A stretch of 64,000 nt of DNA from assembly GCA_951406725.2 (NCBI GenBank), contig OX597831.1:47678001-47742000 (forward strand), given 5' to 3'. This DNA comes from Octopus vulgaris. Its lineage: Eukaryota. The notes under the pieces were generated by a model. That model was not told the origin of the DNA. It was given only the letters and a program-made list of their open reading frames with translations, and searched no databases. The position numbers and the translations under genes are program-made. Shown piece by piece: positions 27,925 to 42,303 of this stretch. Position 1 is the first letter of the stretch. Each line of letters opens with the position of its first letter.

Positions 27925-29771
27925 AGGCGGTGAACTGTCAGAATCTTTAGTGCAGTGGAAAGAATGTTTAATAGCATTTATTCCGGCTCTATATGTTCTG
28001 AGTTCAAATTCCGCTGAGGGTGACCATGCCTTTCATCCTTTCCGAATCGATAAAATAAGTACCAGTTGAGTACTGGGATCGATGTAATCGACCTCTCATT
28101 CCTCTAAAATTGCTGGCCTTGTGTGGAAATTCGAAATCGTTATTATTATTATTATTGTTTTTTGTTATCCAGTCCCAGGTCATCCCTTATCGGGCTCACT
28201 TATGATCAAAATGCGTTCCCGTGACCATCACTTTTGCTTATCAAGGCTGACTACTCAGACCAATGTAACATTTTCCAGTGAAGTAGTTTTTCTAAGGGAG
28301 ACGGGATGCGACAAAGAAGCCTTGTGTGAGTTAAGTTCTGTGAAGTTTTCAAGGGGTGGGGCGACAAATTGCTATGTTTAATAAAAATCAGGGCCTCAGA
28401 AAGAAATTTTGCAAGACGGGACGTGACAATATTTGGGTCCACCTAGAGTAGAGAGAGGACTCTTGTCGAAATTCAAGAAAACTGTGATTGTCCCTTATTA
28501 CCCCCCCCCCCTTAGTCACGTCACTGCTATTTCAAACAATGTTCCAGCTGCGACCATCTCATTCTTATCCAGGCACTGTTTACCTAGGACTATATTATTC
28601 AGTGTGTCATTGAAAAGCAGTAGGATGCACGACCAATGACCACTTAGAACAGGGTTTCCCAACATAGGTTATCAGCATCCTTAGAGAGTGCGAGATGGTA
28701 TGACAGGAAATGTGAAAAAGAGGAAAAGTATTAACTTTATTAAAATCGTTTTTCAGAATAAAGTTATTAAGTAAATTTGTTTTTCAACCTTGTTCCATAA
28801 ACAAATTAGTTTTATCAATGACTTGTTGGGATATCGTATTTCGTTATGCTACCATAATATATGCTACAAAGTACATTAGCGCTTTATAAGCCTATACTGA
28901 GTTCTACTGGGTTAGTTTAGTTCTATCGAAGCTGTTGTTGTTATATATATATAATGTATTGAGTATTAAAGGAAGTAGTGAGTACTTAGTATGAAAGATT
29001 AAGAAAATGAGAGAGACTGAAAAAACGTGTTAACGATACGAGATACTTTATTAGACTGCCGATGTTGTACAAGGTATTTGTTGTGGCGGGAAACTTACTG
29101 AATGTCCTTGTATCAAGGGAGACAATGGGCAACGTTGATTGTTCATGTTTGTTGTGATGATTACATAACAGAAGCCACCAAGAACTGTATTTGTCCACAG
29201 ATCTCATTATAGTTCAAGTTGTTAGAAAATTAACTTCTTCATTTTCATTTTCATTTTGTAGAGGGTGCAGAAAATAATCAAACACTTCCCAAGGATGCAG
29301 GCAGTTGCAGAATTAGAGGGGAGAAGCGATCCTCCTCGGTAATGTTTTTTATTAAGGCGTCATTTTGGAGGTCGGCTGTATAAGCATTTATCTTTTTAGG
29401 GCTTCGGAACGGGAGAATGCGGCAAACACAAGGGCTACCCCTGGCGGCACACAAAGCGACAACGCTAATGCAGACAGTAGCGTAGCTGGATGGTGGTGAG
29501 GTGTGGGGGAAGGTCAGTCCTCCCCGAGCGAGGCTTTTATGAGGGCGGCCCTTCTGGGTCTAGTGTATAAGCCAAATTTTTTTATGTGGTGGGAGGAGGG
29601 AGAAGGAGAAGACTGTGGGAAACGCAGGGCTACCCTCGGCGACGCACGCACTAGAATGCTATAGAGGAAATTTGGAACCACTGGATTGGAGGCCCCAGTT
29701 TGTACATATCTGTTTGCACGATACACCTGTATCTGTAGACATCGTCTATGACCCACAAACACGCACACACG

Positions 29772-29847
<76 letters not shown>

Positions 29848-30524
29848 TACTTATGAAGTGTTCTTCATACTTTCTAGTTTCTGGAAAGAATAAAAGCCGG
29901 TTTCTCGAATAGGAGAAAAAAACAAAAAACAAACAAAAACATAAGACACGGTTCACTTATTTCTGTTGATGCAACCGAATGCATAGGTGCATACTTCTAA
30001 ATATATATGTTTGTATGTGTCTATAAATAAAGAAAAATATACATGCGTGTGTGTACGTGCGTCCATGCGTGTGTATTGTGCGCGCGTGCGTTTATGAATG
30101 TTATCTACGTATCGATGAAAATAATATGTATTTATCTATGAATGTATACGTGTGTGTGTGTGTGTGTATGTCTTTATGAACGTATGTGTGTATGTATGTG
30201 TGACCATGTTTATGCATCTATGCATCTTTGTGAGTATTATATGTATGTATGCGTGTTTGTTAGGACTTGGATATGATTGCGGAAATGTTTATGTACACCT
30301 GTATTTACGAATGTGCAAGGTGTGCACATGTGTGTGAGTGTGCATGCACACACTGTACACACACACACATACACATATATTGATATGTATACACGTGTAC
30401 TGGTTATATATGTCAATGTAGGTATTAATCAATAGATCAATACACATCATTCTACAACGTAATTTCACTGTATTTTGTTCGTGTACTCTATATATATGCA
30501 TATGCGTATGTGGTCGGACGTGAT

Positions 30525-30563
<39 letters not shown>

Positions 30564-30584
30564 GTATATATATGTATATATTTT

Positions 30585-30804
30585 TTTACTCGTTTACTTG
30601 TTTCAGTCATTTGACCGAGGCCATGCTGGAGCACCGCCTTTAGTCGAGCAAATCGACCCCAGGACTTATTCTTTGTAAACCTAGTACTTATTCTATCGGT
30701 GTCTTTTGCCGAACCGCTAATTTACGGGGGCGTAAACACACCAGCATCGGTTGTCAAGCGATATTGGGGGGACAAACACAGACACACAAACACACACACA
30801 CACA

Positions 30805-30836
<32 letters not shown>

Positions 30837-30998
30837 CGACGGGCTTCTTTCAGTTTCCGTCTACCAAATCCACCCACAAGGCTTTGGTCGGCCCTAGGCT
30901 ATAGCGGAAAACACTTGCCCAAGGTGCCACGCAGTGGGACTGAACCCGGAACCATGTGGCCCGTAAGTAAGTTACTTACCACACAGCCTCTCCTACGC

Positions 30999-31000
<2 letters not shown>
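30585..31000 (-). mobile_element. SINE family A; further minus copies at 41850-42262, 43005-43522, 49402-49743, 58650-59580, 60240-60622; plus-strand partials at 14760-14945, 54640-54950, 60800-61005
   Basis: High identity to the 18991 copy. Confidence 0.92.
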
Positions 31001-31090
<90 letters not shown>

Positions 31091-31113
31091 CATATGTATA
31101 TATATGTATATAT

Positions 31114-31255
31114 AAAGGGAAAGTTTACGAAAATAAACAAAATACGACGGCAGGTGGTGTACAAACAAACAAATGTATTAGTATAGCGCTCAAGAATAGA
31201 AAAAGTATTTTACGTTTCGAGCCTACGCTCTTCCACAGAAAGATAAACGGAAATA
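31114..31255 (-). mobile_element. Short TA-anchored element with minimal hammerhead (31206-31243, core CTGTGGA)
   Basis: Reverse complement of the 36391-36603 family. Confidence 0.75.
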
Positions 31256-31291
31256 TTGTGTGTGTTATTGTTATTTAACCCTCGGCCTACC

Positions 31292-31480
31292 CAGCAGCGT
31301 AGCTAGGAGTCGGTGGTCTATCCCGGTCGACAGCTTTTATGGGGGTGGCAGTTCTGGGTTGTATTTTGTTGGGTTGTACGCTGCATTTTTTAGGAGTTGT
31401 GGTAGGGAGGGCACATGAGGACAGCTAATTGCTAATTTAAAGGGCTGCCCCTGGTGACACACATTCTAGCTAAGCCAGTA
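31292..31480. mobile_element. hAT-like MITE; relatives at about 29475-29662 and 27080-27530
   Basis: Termini CAGCAGCGTAGCTAG ... CTAGCTAAGCCAGT, shared internal CTTTTATGGGGGTGGC and AGGGCTRCCC motifs. Confidence 0.6.
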
Positions 31481-31663
31481 GAGCTGCCTTGATTGATTAT
31501 TCAGCAAACTAAGATCAAAAGTGTTCCAAATTTCACCTGTTACTTTTTTTTTTTTGCGTGTCAAGGCCGACATTGTCCAGACTGTACTTCCTTTTGTCAA
31601 GTAAATGTGATTCAACGGATTTCACAACTCTTTCTAACAGGTCAAGCACCCTCAAAATAGCTC

Positions 31664-31721
<58 letters not shown>

Positions 31722-31792
31722 CATACGAACCTACGTAATAAACATACAAGCACGTCAAACTTACCTAATTCTCAGTAGGATGATAAACTGAC

Positions 31793-31844
31793 GAACAACC
31801 TTAATCGATTTTCAACCCTTGTTGGAGTCTCATCAGGGGTGTAC
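31793..31844 (-). ncRNA. Minimal type I hammerhead ribozyme motif
   Basis: ACACCC-CTGATGA-GACTC..GGGTT-GAAA-ATCGAT-TA-AGGTTGT. Stem III palindrome AATCGATT; stem I imperfect. Confidence 0.65.
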
Positions 31845-31937
31845 ATCATTTGACCAATCCTAGAGAAATAAGTAACTAATGCGTTTATATGCATACCAAA
31901 TCCTGTAGCTTCAGAGAACTGGTGCCACTAATTTAAT

Positions 31938-31975
<38 letters not shown>

Positions 31976-32028
31976 GCACACACATCTGTCTATCTATCAA
32001 TTAATCAATCAATCAATCTATCCATCTA

Positions 32029-32093
<65 letters not shown>

Positions 32094-32110
32094 GTCTATC
32101 TGTCTATCTG

Positions 32111-32179
<69 letters not shown>

Positions 32180-32192
32180 ACACGCACATACA

Positions 32193-32293
<101 letters not shown>

Positions 32294-32379
32294 TAAGCTA
32301 GCTTTGATTCCGTTTGTCATTCTGCAGCTGATTGCCAAGATGTCTCCCAGTGTACAATATATAAGCAAAAACGAATCCG

Positions 32380-32433
<54 letters not shown>

Positions 32434-32988
32434 TGTACACAGACGTATAAGCCACGAGTATATAAATAAATATGCCTGATTTTACAAATGCATACCTGAA
32501 AATATTTTGTTGTTCACCTTATACGTTTAGTAGCTTCCCGACTTTAAAGTTTGCGGACAGTTAAATATTACGCATACGTACATAAATAGTTTTAATATAG
32601 TATCACTGTGTTGTGTAGATATACATTTCACGTATAGTGTACGTGTAATGAAATGTGTACATCTAACGTTTAATGTATCCCCGTATATTGTACGTTTAAT
32701 GTATCTAGACATTATATTTATACACTAAACCAGTAAATAATCTCTATCAAAGCCCATGTCACTGGCCAAACACCATTATTATGATAGCGTGATAGTGCTA
32801 TATATATTCATACACATGTATATGAATTTGTGTAATATGCGCGCACACATGCACACATATAACTCTGATATGGTTACTATATACATTAAATACAGGTGAA
32901 GACATATAAAAAGAATAACGGTCACATACGCCCGCGAACTCGTGTATAGATAGTCAATTTTATGGATATGTGCATAAATGTGTGCGAC

Positions 32989-33055
<67 letters not shown>

Positions 33056-33484
33056 ATGTATGCATATGTGTGTGTGTATGTGTGTGTATGTGGTGATTCG
33101 TTTGAAGTATACGTATGACACTGTGGACGCGTGTGCTTATTTCTCCGTATTACAAATCATTTTATAGACACACAGACAGTGTTAAACGAAACATCGTAAA
33201 GGTGGTAGGGAGAAAGACTACAGCGGCCCTTGTCGGGGAAAAAAAAAAAAAAAGGAACACCTGAATCACTCGGGTAGAAAGCACGATTTTTAACCATGTC
33301 AGAGCATGTTTCTACTAAGTCAATGGTTACAGAATATGTAGGTGAATATGAAGAAGAGAAAGAATAAAAAAAAATAAGTCAAGTGAAAACAGTAAAGCGC
33401 TCAGTGATTACAATCGTAAGTTGCCTAAGAAAGCACTTTCTAGTGTAATCGATATTACCAAATTGATTTTTCAGACTAAACGAT

Positions 33485-33553
<69 letters not shown>

Positions 33554-34692
33554 TTATATATATATTTTTATATATACAAGAACGTACGCACACATATACG
33601 ACAAATGTACAAATCGAAACAAACGATCGGCAAATTTCTCTAATCTCTCTGCCTTACCTGTTGATCGAACATATAGCAAAAGTTGGAGACCAACTTTTCC
33701 AATTGTTCTCCGTTTCAGCTCCCCCCTTCTCTCTCCCTCTCTTTTTTCGCTCTCTTGCGCTGCCTCTCTCTGTCTCTCTCTTCTCTTTCTCCTTTTCTGT
33801 CTCTCTTCTCTCTCTCTCCTTTTCTGCCTCTCTCTTCTCTTTGCCCCTTTTCTCCTTCTCTCCCTCCCTCTCTCTTCCCGTGTCTTTCTCTCCTTCTGTT
33901 CTCCTGTCTCTGTCAAACCCTCATCTACACGCACATACACGAAGAAAAAGTACTCAATACCCAAAACAGCGTATATATTATAGAGCTAAAATATCTTTTC
34001 TCTGTTGCTACTCAGAGTTTGATGTTTACCAGTTAGTAGAACTTCTGAATAGAAAAAAAGAAAAAAAAACCTACCCTATGGTATTCGCAACACAAATTAG
34101 TATTCTACTTTAGTTCAGCTATAAAATCTTCACCGAACAGGCCAAACTTATTATCAACTATCAAAGAGACAGACAAATTCAAAATTTTCAGAATTCTTTT
34201 ATGCTAATCAATTATTCATTATTACAACTTAAAACCAGAGTAATTATTTTGCTAACAATATACACATTTATGAAACTCATTTTAACGGAATATTTTATTT
34301 TATTTAATATGATTATAAATTATTTATTATATTAATAAGACAAGACTAGTCTTCCTTAGAGTTGGTAGTGACTTCACACCTGTCATAGGTGATTCTTTTA
34401 TCCAGTAGTACAAAAATCATCTCGATGGTCGAGTGCCTTGTAATGACAAAGCTAATTTGGTCTTCGTTGTATCTCACCGGCAAAGCATACAAGTTCAAGG
34501 GCGAAACAATTAGGAGACACTTATGATACTTGGTGAAGATACAGAAAATCTTTCAATAAAGCGAAACTTAATAGGAAGAGTTTGCAGTATCTCTAACCGC
34601 CTACAGTTTCTTATTTCTTTACTGCTCACAAGGGGCTACACACAGAAGGGACAAACAAGGACAGTTTATACACAGTGTTATTGAATCAAGGG

Positions 34693-34752
<60 letters not shown>

Positions 34753-36013
34753 ATATAAATATACGAGAGGCATCCTTCTGTTTCCGTGTACCAAATCCAC
34801 TCACAAGACTTTGGTCACCCCGATGCCATAGTAGGAAGACACTTGCCCAAGATGCGCGGGATCATATTCTTAGGAAACAGACTTCTTACTACACAACAAG
34901 GCCTGCAGATTATTATTGAATTATTAGTCAATATTAACGCTATACGAGGAACTACAAGAATATAGTCTAGCTAATACGTCTGTCTTTGCGTTGTGAGTTC
35001 AAATTCCGCCGAGGTTGACTATGCCTTCCATCCTTTCTGGATCGATAACTTAAGTACCAGTTGCGTACTGGGGTCGATCTAATTGACTGACCCCCTCCCC
35101 AAAAATTACGAGTCTTGTGCCTAGAGTAGAAAAGAATATTTCTACATTTTTTTAAGGCAGCGAGCTAGCAGAAACATTAGCATGCCGGGCGAAATGCTTA
35201 GCAGTATTTCGTTTGTTGCTACGTTCTCAGTTCAAATTTCGCCGCGGTCGACTTTGCCTTTCAACCTTTTGGGGTCGATTAAATAAGTACTAGTTACGCA
35301 CTGGGGTTGATATAATCGACTTAATCCGTTTGTCTGTCCTTGTTTGTCCTCTCTGTATTTAGCCCCTGGTGGGTAGTAAAGAAATAGGTTTTTCGCCTGT
35401 CTTTACGTTCTGGGTTCAAATTCCGCCGAGGTCGACTTTGCCTTTCATCCTTTCGGGGTCGATAAATTAAGTACAGCTACGCACTGGGGTCCCGTTTGTC
35501 TGTCCTTGTTTGTTCCCTCTGTGTTTATCCCCTTGTGGGCAGTAAAGAAATATATATTTCGCCTGTCTTTACGTTCTGAGTTCAAATTCCGCCGAGGTCG
35601 ACCTTGCCTTTCATCCTTTGGCAGTTGATAAATTAAGTACCAGTTGCGTACTGGGGTCGATCTAATCGACTGGACTCCTCCCCCGAAATTTCGGGCCTTA
35701 TGCCTAGAGTAGGCACATGCATATATTGCTGAACAACATAACATTGATACAGAGGGATGGTGGAAATCGGTTCGGGTAGCCTGACAATTAACTTCTTACC
35801 TCTGATTTTGCCCGGTTTATCCCATATCTGGCTTAATAGGAATGTCTTTTAAGGAGATGGTCTGTATGTTCTGTATTCATATATACTTTAAGCATCCATA
35901 CATGCTTAATTTCAAAACTACTTATGCTTATACATCTACAATATATTACCCTTCTATTGCATTATCTACAACTTAAGTATGTGTACGTGTATATATATGT
36001 GTGTGTATATATA

Positions 36014-36322
36014 TCTTTATATATAAAACTGAAGTTGTGTGTGTGTGTATCTGTCTCCTCCGATTTAGATTCCTAACTACTCCCACATTTTGCGGTGCAG
36101 TTTAACCAAAAGCGGGTATCTTATAGTCGTGATTCATATCGAGCCCTTCTGGGTATTAGCGCGTGTCTACGATGAGTCTACGATTTAGAAAAAAAATTAC
36201 CATCATTTTTTCGTTTCTTTAATGCATTTTTTGCTCGGTTTATATAAGGGAAGTAACTCTCTAAAAATGCTTATATAGTTATTTCCCTTACAAACCCGAG
36301 CAACGCTGGGCGATACTGCAAG
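36014..36322 (+). mobile_element. Non-autonomous Helitron
   Basis: 5' TC(TTTATATATAAAA), subterminal CCCGAGCAACGCTGGG hairpin, 3' CAAG (degenerate CTAG). Confidence 0.8.
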
Positions 36323-36376
<54 letters not shown>

Positions 36377-36390
36377 TGTGTATATATATA

Positions 36391-36601
36391 TCGCCATGTT
36401 GATTCGCTAGCTTCTGCACGCATTTTTTTTCTCTCCTTGTTTCTTTCCGTGTTTCTTTTCTGTGTATCTTTCTGTTGAAGAGCGTAGGCTCGAAACGTAA
36501 AAGACTTGTTTTATTTATATTCCTGAGCGCCATACTAATACAATTGTTTGTTTGTATTCCACCTGCCTTCGTCTTTTATTTATTTTCATAAAGCTTCCCG
36601 T

Positions 36602-36603
<2 letters not shown>
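36391..36603 (+). mobile_element. Short TA-anchored element (PLE pseudo-LTR-like) with minimal hammerhead 36467-36504
   Basis: TCTTT-CTGTTGA-A-GAGC-GTAG-GCTC-GAAA-CG-TA-AAAGA, with (TA)n on both sides. Copies at 31114, 48640 and 54340; tail only at 19945. Confidence 0.78.
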
Positions 36604-36670
<67 letters not shown>

Positions 36671-36857
36671 TTATGTATGTGTGCATGTCTATTTATGCGC
36701 GCACATAACGTATATGTATGCATTTTATCATTAGATAAATTGACTCTTGCAAAACCGCTGCTTGGTCCGCATGTAGTTCATCAGTGAGCTCAAAATAATG
36801 AAATATTTAATAAAGCCAATCAGAGAACACGAATAATTAAAATGATACTATAGATAA

Positions 36858-37252
36858 CTAGCAGTATCGCCCGGCGTTGCTCGGATTTGTAAGGGAAATA
36901 ACTATATAAGCATTTTTAGAGTTATAGCAAAAAAATAGCAAAAAAATGCATTAAAAATGGAAAAAAATGATGGTAAATTTTTTTTAAATCGTTAACTCAT
37001 CGTAGACATTTTTAGAGAGTTACTTCCCTTATATAATAGCTAAAAGAATGCATTAAAATGGAAAATAATTATGGTAAATTATTTTTAAAATCGTAGACTC
37101 ATCGTAGACGCGCGCTAATACCCAGAAGGGCTCGATATGAATCACGACTATAAGATACCCGGTTTTGGTTAAACTGCACCGCAAAATGTGGGAGTAGTTA
37201 GGAATCTAAATCGTAGGAGACAGACACACAATTTCACTTTTATATATAAAGA
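36858..37252 (-). mobile_element. Non-autonomous Helitron, same family, inverted
   Basis: On the minus strand: A|TC start, CCGAGCAACGCCGGG hairpin, CTAG|T end, one internal duplication. Confidence 0.88.
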
Positions 37253-37403
37253 TATCACACACACACACACGTAAGAGAAAAAACATGTAGGTATGTGTAT
37301 GCATGTATGTGGGCATGTATAAATATATATATGTGCGTTTGTGTAAAAGTGTATGTATGTATATGTCTGTGTAGGTATATATATATGTGCACGTGTGTGT
37401 GTG

Positions 37404-37444
<41 letters not shown>

Positions 37445-37671
37445 CTATGTGTATGTGTATGTATATGTATATATATATATATATGTACATATATATATGT
37501 ATATACATGTACGTATATGTATATATATATAAATATACATATATATATATATACATATATACATACATATATATATATATACATATATATATACATATAT
37601 ATATATATATGCATTCATACCTATCTTTGTCTTTCGTTTTTTGTGAATACTCCTTATATATATATACATAT

Positions 37672-37744
<73 letters not shown>

Positions 37745-38150
37745 CTACTGTTTTTTTTTAACCTCAAGAAGACGCCTCCTGTGGTTGGTTATCGATGCGA
37801 CATGCCGCCGATATATATTGCAAGCAGGGGAGCGAATCCCTCCCATCTTCTAGTGACAAATCAAAATACCGCCGTGTCCTGTTTGCGTGGTGGAATTAAT
37901 CTGACATCTTCGTTTAACCTACATGACCACCCAACGTATTGGATGTATCTTAGCAGAGTCCATACCATTGCAAGACCACAGGCCAAACCACAGGTTTCCC
38001 CTTCCTCTAGTTACGGATGTTCTAGAAATGGTCATGAACATGGAGTTTCCACTCGACTAAAAAGATTAAAAAATAATCTAATAGAAACAATTCAATCACT
38101 CCATCAAAATTTCTGATTTGTTTTTCAATGATATAATTATGAGTGTGTGT

Positions 38151-38181
<31 letters not shown>

Positions 38182-38525
38182 GGGGAGGAGAGAGAGCGAA
38201 AAAGAGAGCGAGAGGAGTGGGATCGTATTCTCGTTGCTGGTAATTATCTTAAAGACACTTTAGTAAGAAACACCAAGGAAATAATATGTAGGGGAAGAGA
38301 AAGTACAAAGGTTACTGTAAATGTTACGATTTTTCTTCTTATTCTTATAAATTAAAGAATACAACCCAGTTGCGTAGCTTGAATTTTGAATGCTCCTTTC
38401 CTAATCAAATATTGATTGCTAATACAACAAATCACTCTCCAACTTTCACCTGTCTATATAACTTATATATACACACACGCACTCTCTCTCTCTCTCTCTC
38501 TCCCTTTTTCTTTCTTGCTAATGCC

Positions 38526-38573
<48 letters not shown>

Positions 38574-38598
38574 TCTCTCCCTCACTCTCTCTCTCTCT

Positions 38599-38670
<72 letters not shown>

Positions 38671-38697
38671 TCCCTCTCTCTTCTACTCTATCTCTCT

Positions 38698-38736
<39 letters not shown>

Positions 38737-38780
38737 TCATACATACACATACCTGCTTATTTCTCTCTAATTTGATGTCT

Positions 38781-39175
38781 TTATTACCTCCGCCTTAGCG
38801 AAGGCGGAGGTATTGTTTTCAGTCGTGCTTGTTTGTTTGTTTGTCCGTGGACAACATGTATCTAAAGAACCGCTGGATGGATTCGGATGAAACTTTCAGG
38901 AATGTTTAGCCACGTGACCGGCACGGACTGATTAGACTTCAGGATCGATCCGGTATCGGACAAGGCTTCTGGATTATTTTCCTTTTCTTTTTTTTCTTCT
39001 TTATTTTTTTTACTTAATTTTTGAGAGCGGTCGGGTTCATTTTTAGTATTCTCGCTTGTGAGAGCAGTCGAGTTTATTTCAGATATTCTTATTTTAAAAA
39101 TCCTCTCCGGCTAACCGTTAGGAGGCCGTTGGTGTTGCCTTGGCGGAGGTTTGCGCTCTCTGTGTGCTCATGTTT
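38781..39175 (+). mobile_element. Helentron-associated HINE / DINE-1-like element
   Basis: 5' TTATTACCTCCGCC..GGCGGAGGT hairpin, (GTTT)n microsatellite, 3' subterminal TTGGCGGAGGT followed by a short stem-loop and T-run. Confidence 0.75.
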
Positions 39176-39423
39176 TTTTTGTTTTTTGTCATTATCCAGG
39201 AACAAGTCTGCTCTGATCAAGCAGCTCTATGATCAAAAGGTAATATTAAGTATTGACCATCTCGTCTTATTTTCTGAAATAATGTATATCAGACTATATT
39301 AACTGCTGTGTCCATTTTAAGACGGTAGGGGGCGATAAGATGAAAGAGACTCAGCTGGATTTTCTTACAGTTTACCAGATCAAGTATACAAGCTTACTTA
39401 TTTGTGTGTGTGCGTGTGTGTGC

Positions 39424-39475
<52 letters not shown>

Positions 39476-40414
39476 TGTCTTCTGGTTCCTCTGTCTTCCT
39501 GAAATATTTGATTTACTTCTGGCTACAGCACATACACGTTGTTAATAAAATGGTTGCCAAAAGAATAGATATTCTTTTCTACTGTAGGCCCGAAATTTTG
39601 GGGGAAGGGGGCCCAGTCGAAGAGATAGACCCCAGTGTTCAACTGGTACTTTATTTATCGACTCCGAAAGGATGAAAGGCAAAGTCGACCTCGGCGGAAT
39701 TTGAACTCAGAACGTAGCGGCAGACGAAATACCTATTTCTTTACTACCCACAAGGGGCTAAACACAGAGAAAACAAACAAGGACAGACAAACGGATTAAG
39801 TCGATTATATCGACCCCAGTGCGTAACTAGTACTTAATTTATCGACCCCGAAAGGATGAAAGGCAAAGTCGACCTCGGCGGAATCAGAACGTAGCGGACG
39901 TTTTCTTTCTATCTTCCACAGTCTTCTTATTAAACATCAACCCTTTACTTTATTTCTGTTTTCATGTGTGTCCATAACTCACTTCTCATCTCTGTCTTCC
40001 TAGCCACCATTTGTCACTTATTCTTCCCGTAACTTACTCATTCTCTCCTGAGTTTCCATAATACGTCTGTCTGCCTCTGCCTCTTCACATTTCTTCCTAC
40101 ACCTCGCATTTCACCCCCTCACATTTCTCCGCTCTTCGCAGTTCTCCCCCTTCACATTTCTTCTTCTTCTTCTTCTTCTTCTTCTTCTTCTTCTTCTTCT
40201 TCTTCTTCTTCTTCTTCTTCTTCTTCTCCTCCTCCTCTCCTTTTCTTCTTCTTCTTCTTCTCCTCCTCCTCCTCTTCTCCTTTTCTTCTTCTTCTTCTTC
40301 TTCTCCTCCTCCTTCTTCTTCTTCTTCTTCTTCTTCTTCTTCTTCTTCTTCTTCTTCTTCTTCACATTTCTTTCCCTTTACATTTCGCAATCTTCATGTC
40401 TTTATCTTTTCGTA

Positions 40415-40461
<47 letters not shown>

Positions 40462-40820
40462 CACATTATCCTCTCTGCATAAAACTTTCAATTCTCTCTC
40501 CCAGCTTCTTTCTCACTTCTCAGTCAAACTCACTTGACTACCACGCCATAATAGAGTCGTTAGCCAAGATTCAAAGTTTAGGCAGCTGTCGTCATCTCGA
40601 CTTCGTTTTCATTTTTCTGATGTTACAAAGCTCTTAAAATTTTCTATTCATGCTCCACTTACAACCGTAAAATTACCAGCATGTCTCTGTACTCTGATCA
40701 AGCCCATCAGTATTCTGATCAAGCGCCTCTACGTAGTCACTTAGACTACTGCTAGACACAACAACTACAGTCCTTCAAATTACACCCCTACTACAGTACT
40801 ATAGTAAAGGGATCAGGAAT

Positions 40821-40977
40821 TATGTACATTATTTACATTTGACGGATATTTGTCCTCATGTTGTTTGTTGTTAACACACCTTTTCGGCTGATCTACCCTC
40901 CAGCCTTCATCTGGTGTCTTGGGGGAAATTTCGAACCGGAGTTCTCATTCCTAAGGTATTTTTCGATGTTGTTATTA

Positions 40978-41026
<49 letters not shown>

Positions 41027-41096
41027 CATTATTATTATTATTATTATCATTATTATTATTATTATTATTATCATCATTATTATTATTATTATTATC

Positions 41097-41159
<63 letters not shown>

Positions 41160-41240
41160 TAGATCACTGCCTGGAATAGAACTCGGAATCTTCGGGTTAA
41201 TAGCCCGCAGTCTTGACCACTACACCATATGCACGTGGGC
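40821..41240 (-). mobile_element. tRNA-headed SINE with (AAT)n linker and hammerhead-containing tail
   Basis: A-box TGGTGTAGTGG, anticodon arm CGGG-CTATTAA-CCCG, B-box GAGTTCTATTCC. Tail carries a mutated hammerhead at 40873-40918. Confidence 0.8.
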
Positions 41241-41258
41241 ATATTATTCAGTGACCTG

Positions 41259-41322
<64 letters not shown>

Positions 41323-41368
41323 TCGAAAATACCTTAGGAATGAGAACCCCGGATCGAAATTTCTCCAA

Positions 41369-41414
41369 GACACCTGATGAAGCCTGGAGGATATATCAGC
41401 CGAAACGTTGTGTT
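41369..41414 (+). ncRNA. Minimal type I hammerhead ribozyme in the inverted second tail (41249-41481)
   Basis: GACAC-CTGATGA-A-GCCTGG..TCAGCC-GAAA-CG-TT-GTGTT. AACGTT palindrome; one C-C mismatch in stem II. Confidence 0.8.
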
Positions 41415-42303
41415 AACAACCAACAAGATGAGGACAAATATCTGTCAATTGTAAATAATGTAAATAATGTAAATAATGTACACCCCTACTGTTCTTAAGG
41501 AAAGAAAACATTGGATAACGAAGTCCTAGATAGTACCAAAAAAGGTTGGCAAAAGTTGGAATGTCCTTGATCGTAATTCAGCTTAATCAGGATTGGTTTG
41601 GGGTTATATGATAATGACGGGTGTGCAGAAATAGACTAAACAGTGGAGAGAAAGCATGGTTGTGTGGTTAAGAAGTTCGCTTTGCAACTACGTGGATTAG
41701 GGTTCAGTCCCACTGCGCCGCACTTTGGGCAAATGTAATGTTTTCTACTATGGCCTCGTGCTGAGCAATGCCTTATGCCTGTATTTGGTAGATGGAAACT
41801 AAGTGGTAACACAGAGTATGCGCACGCGAGTGTATGTACATATGCATATTACTCTTTTTACTCTTTTACTTGTTTCAGTCATTTGACTGTGGCCATGCTG
41901 GTGCACCACCTTTAGTCGAGCAAATCGACCCAGGACTTGTTCTTTGGAAGCCTAGTACTTATTCTCTCGGTCTCTTTTGCCGAACAGCTAAGTTATGTGG
42001 ACGTAAACACCCTAGCATCGGTTGTCAAGCAATGTTGTGGGAACAAACACAGACACACAAACATATACACACACGTACATATATATATATATACATATAT
42101 ACGACGGGCTTCTTTGAGTTTCCGTCTACCAAATCCACTTACAAGGCTTTGGTCGGCCAGAAACTATAGTAGAAGGTACTTGCACAAGGTGCCACGCAAT
42201 GGGACTGAACCAGGAACCATGTGGCCCGTAAGTAAGTTACTTACCACACAGCCACTCCTACGCATGTATATATCTATATGTATATAAGTATGTATATATT
42301 TGG

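Noticed and set aside
36740-36790. Hammerheads at other CTGATGA sites (36779-, 47803-, 48598-, 2642+) and a decayed motif near 10600
   Set aside because: No correctly placed GAAA with stems II and III, or too many core mismatches.
41165-41240. Genuine tRNA genes here and at 18991, 26603 and 42304
   Set aside because: A/B boxes are present but there is no acceptor stem or terminator, and each runs into a SINE body.
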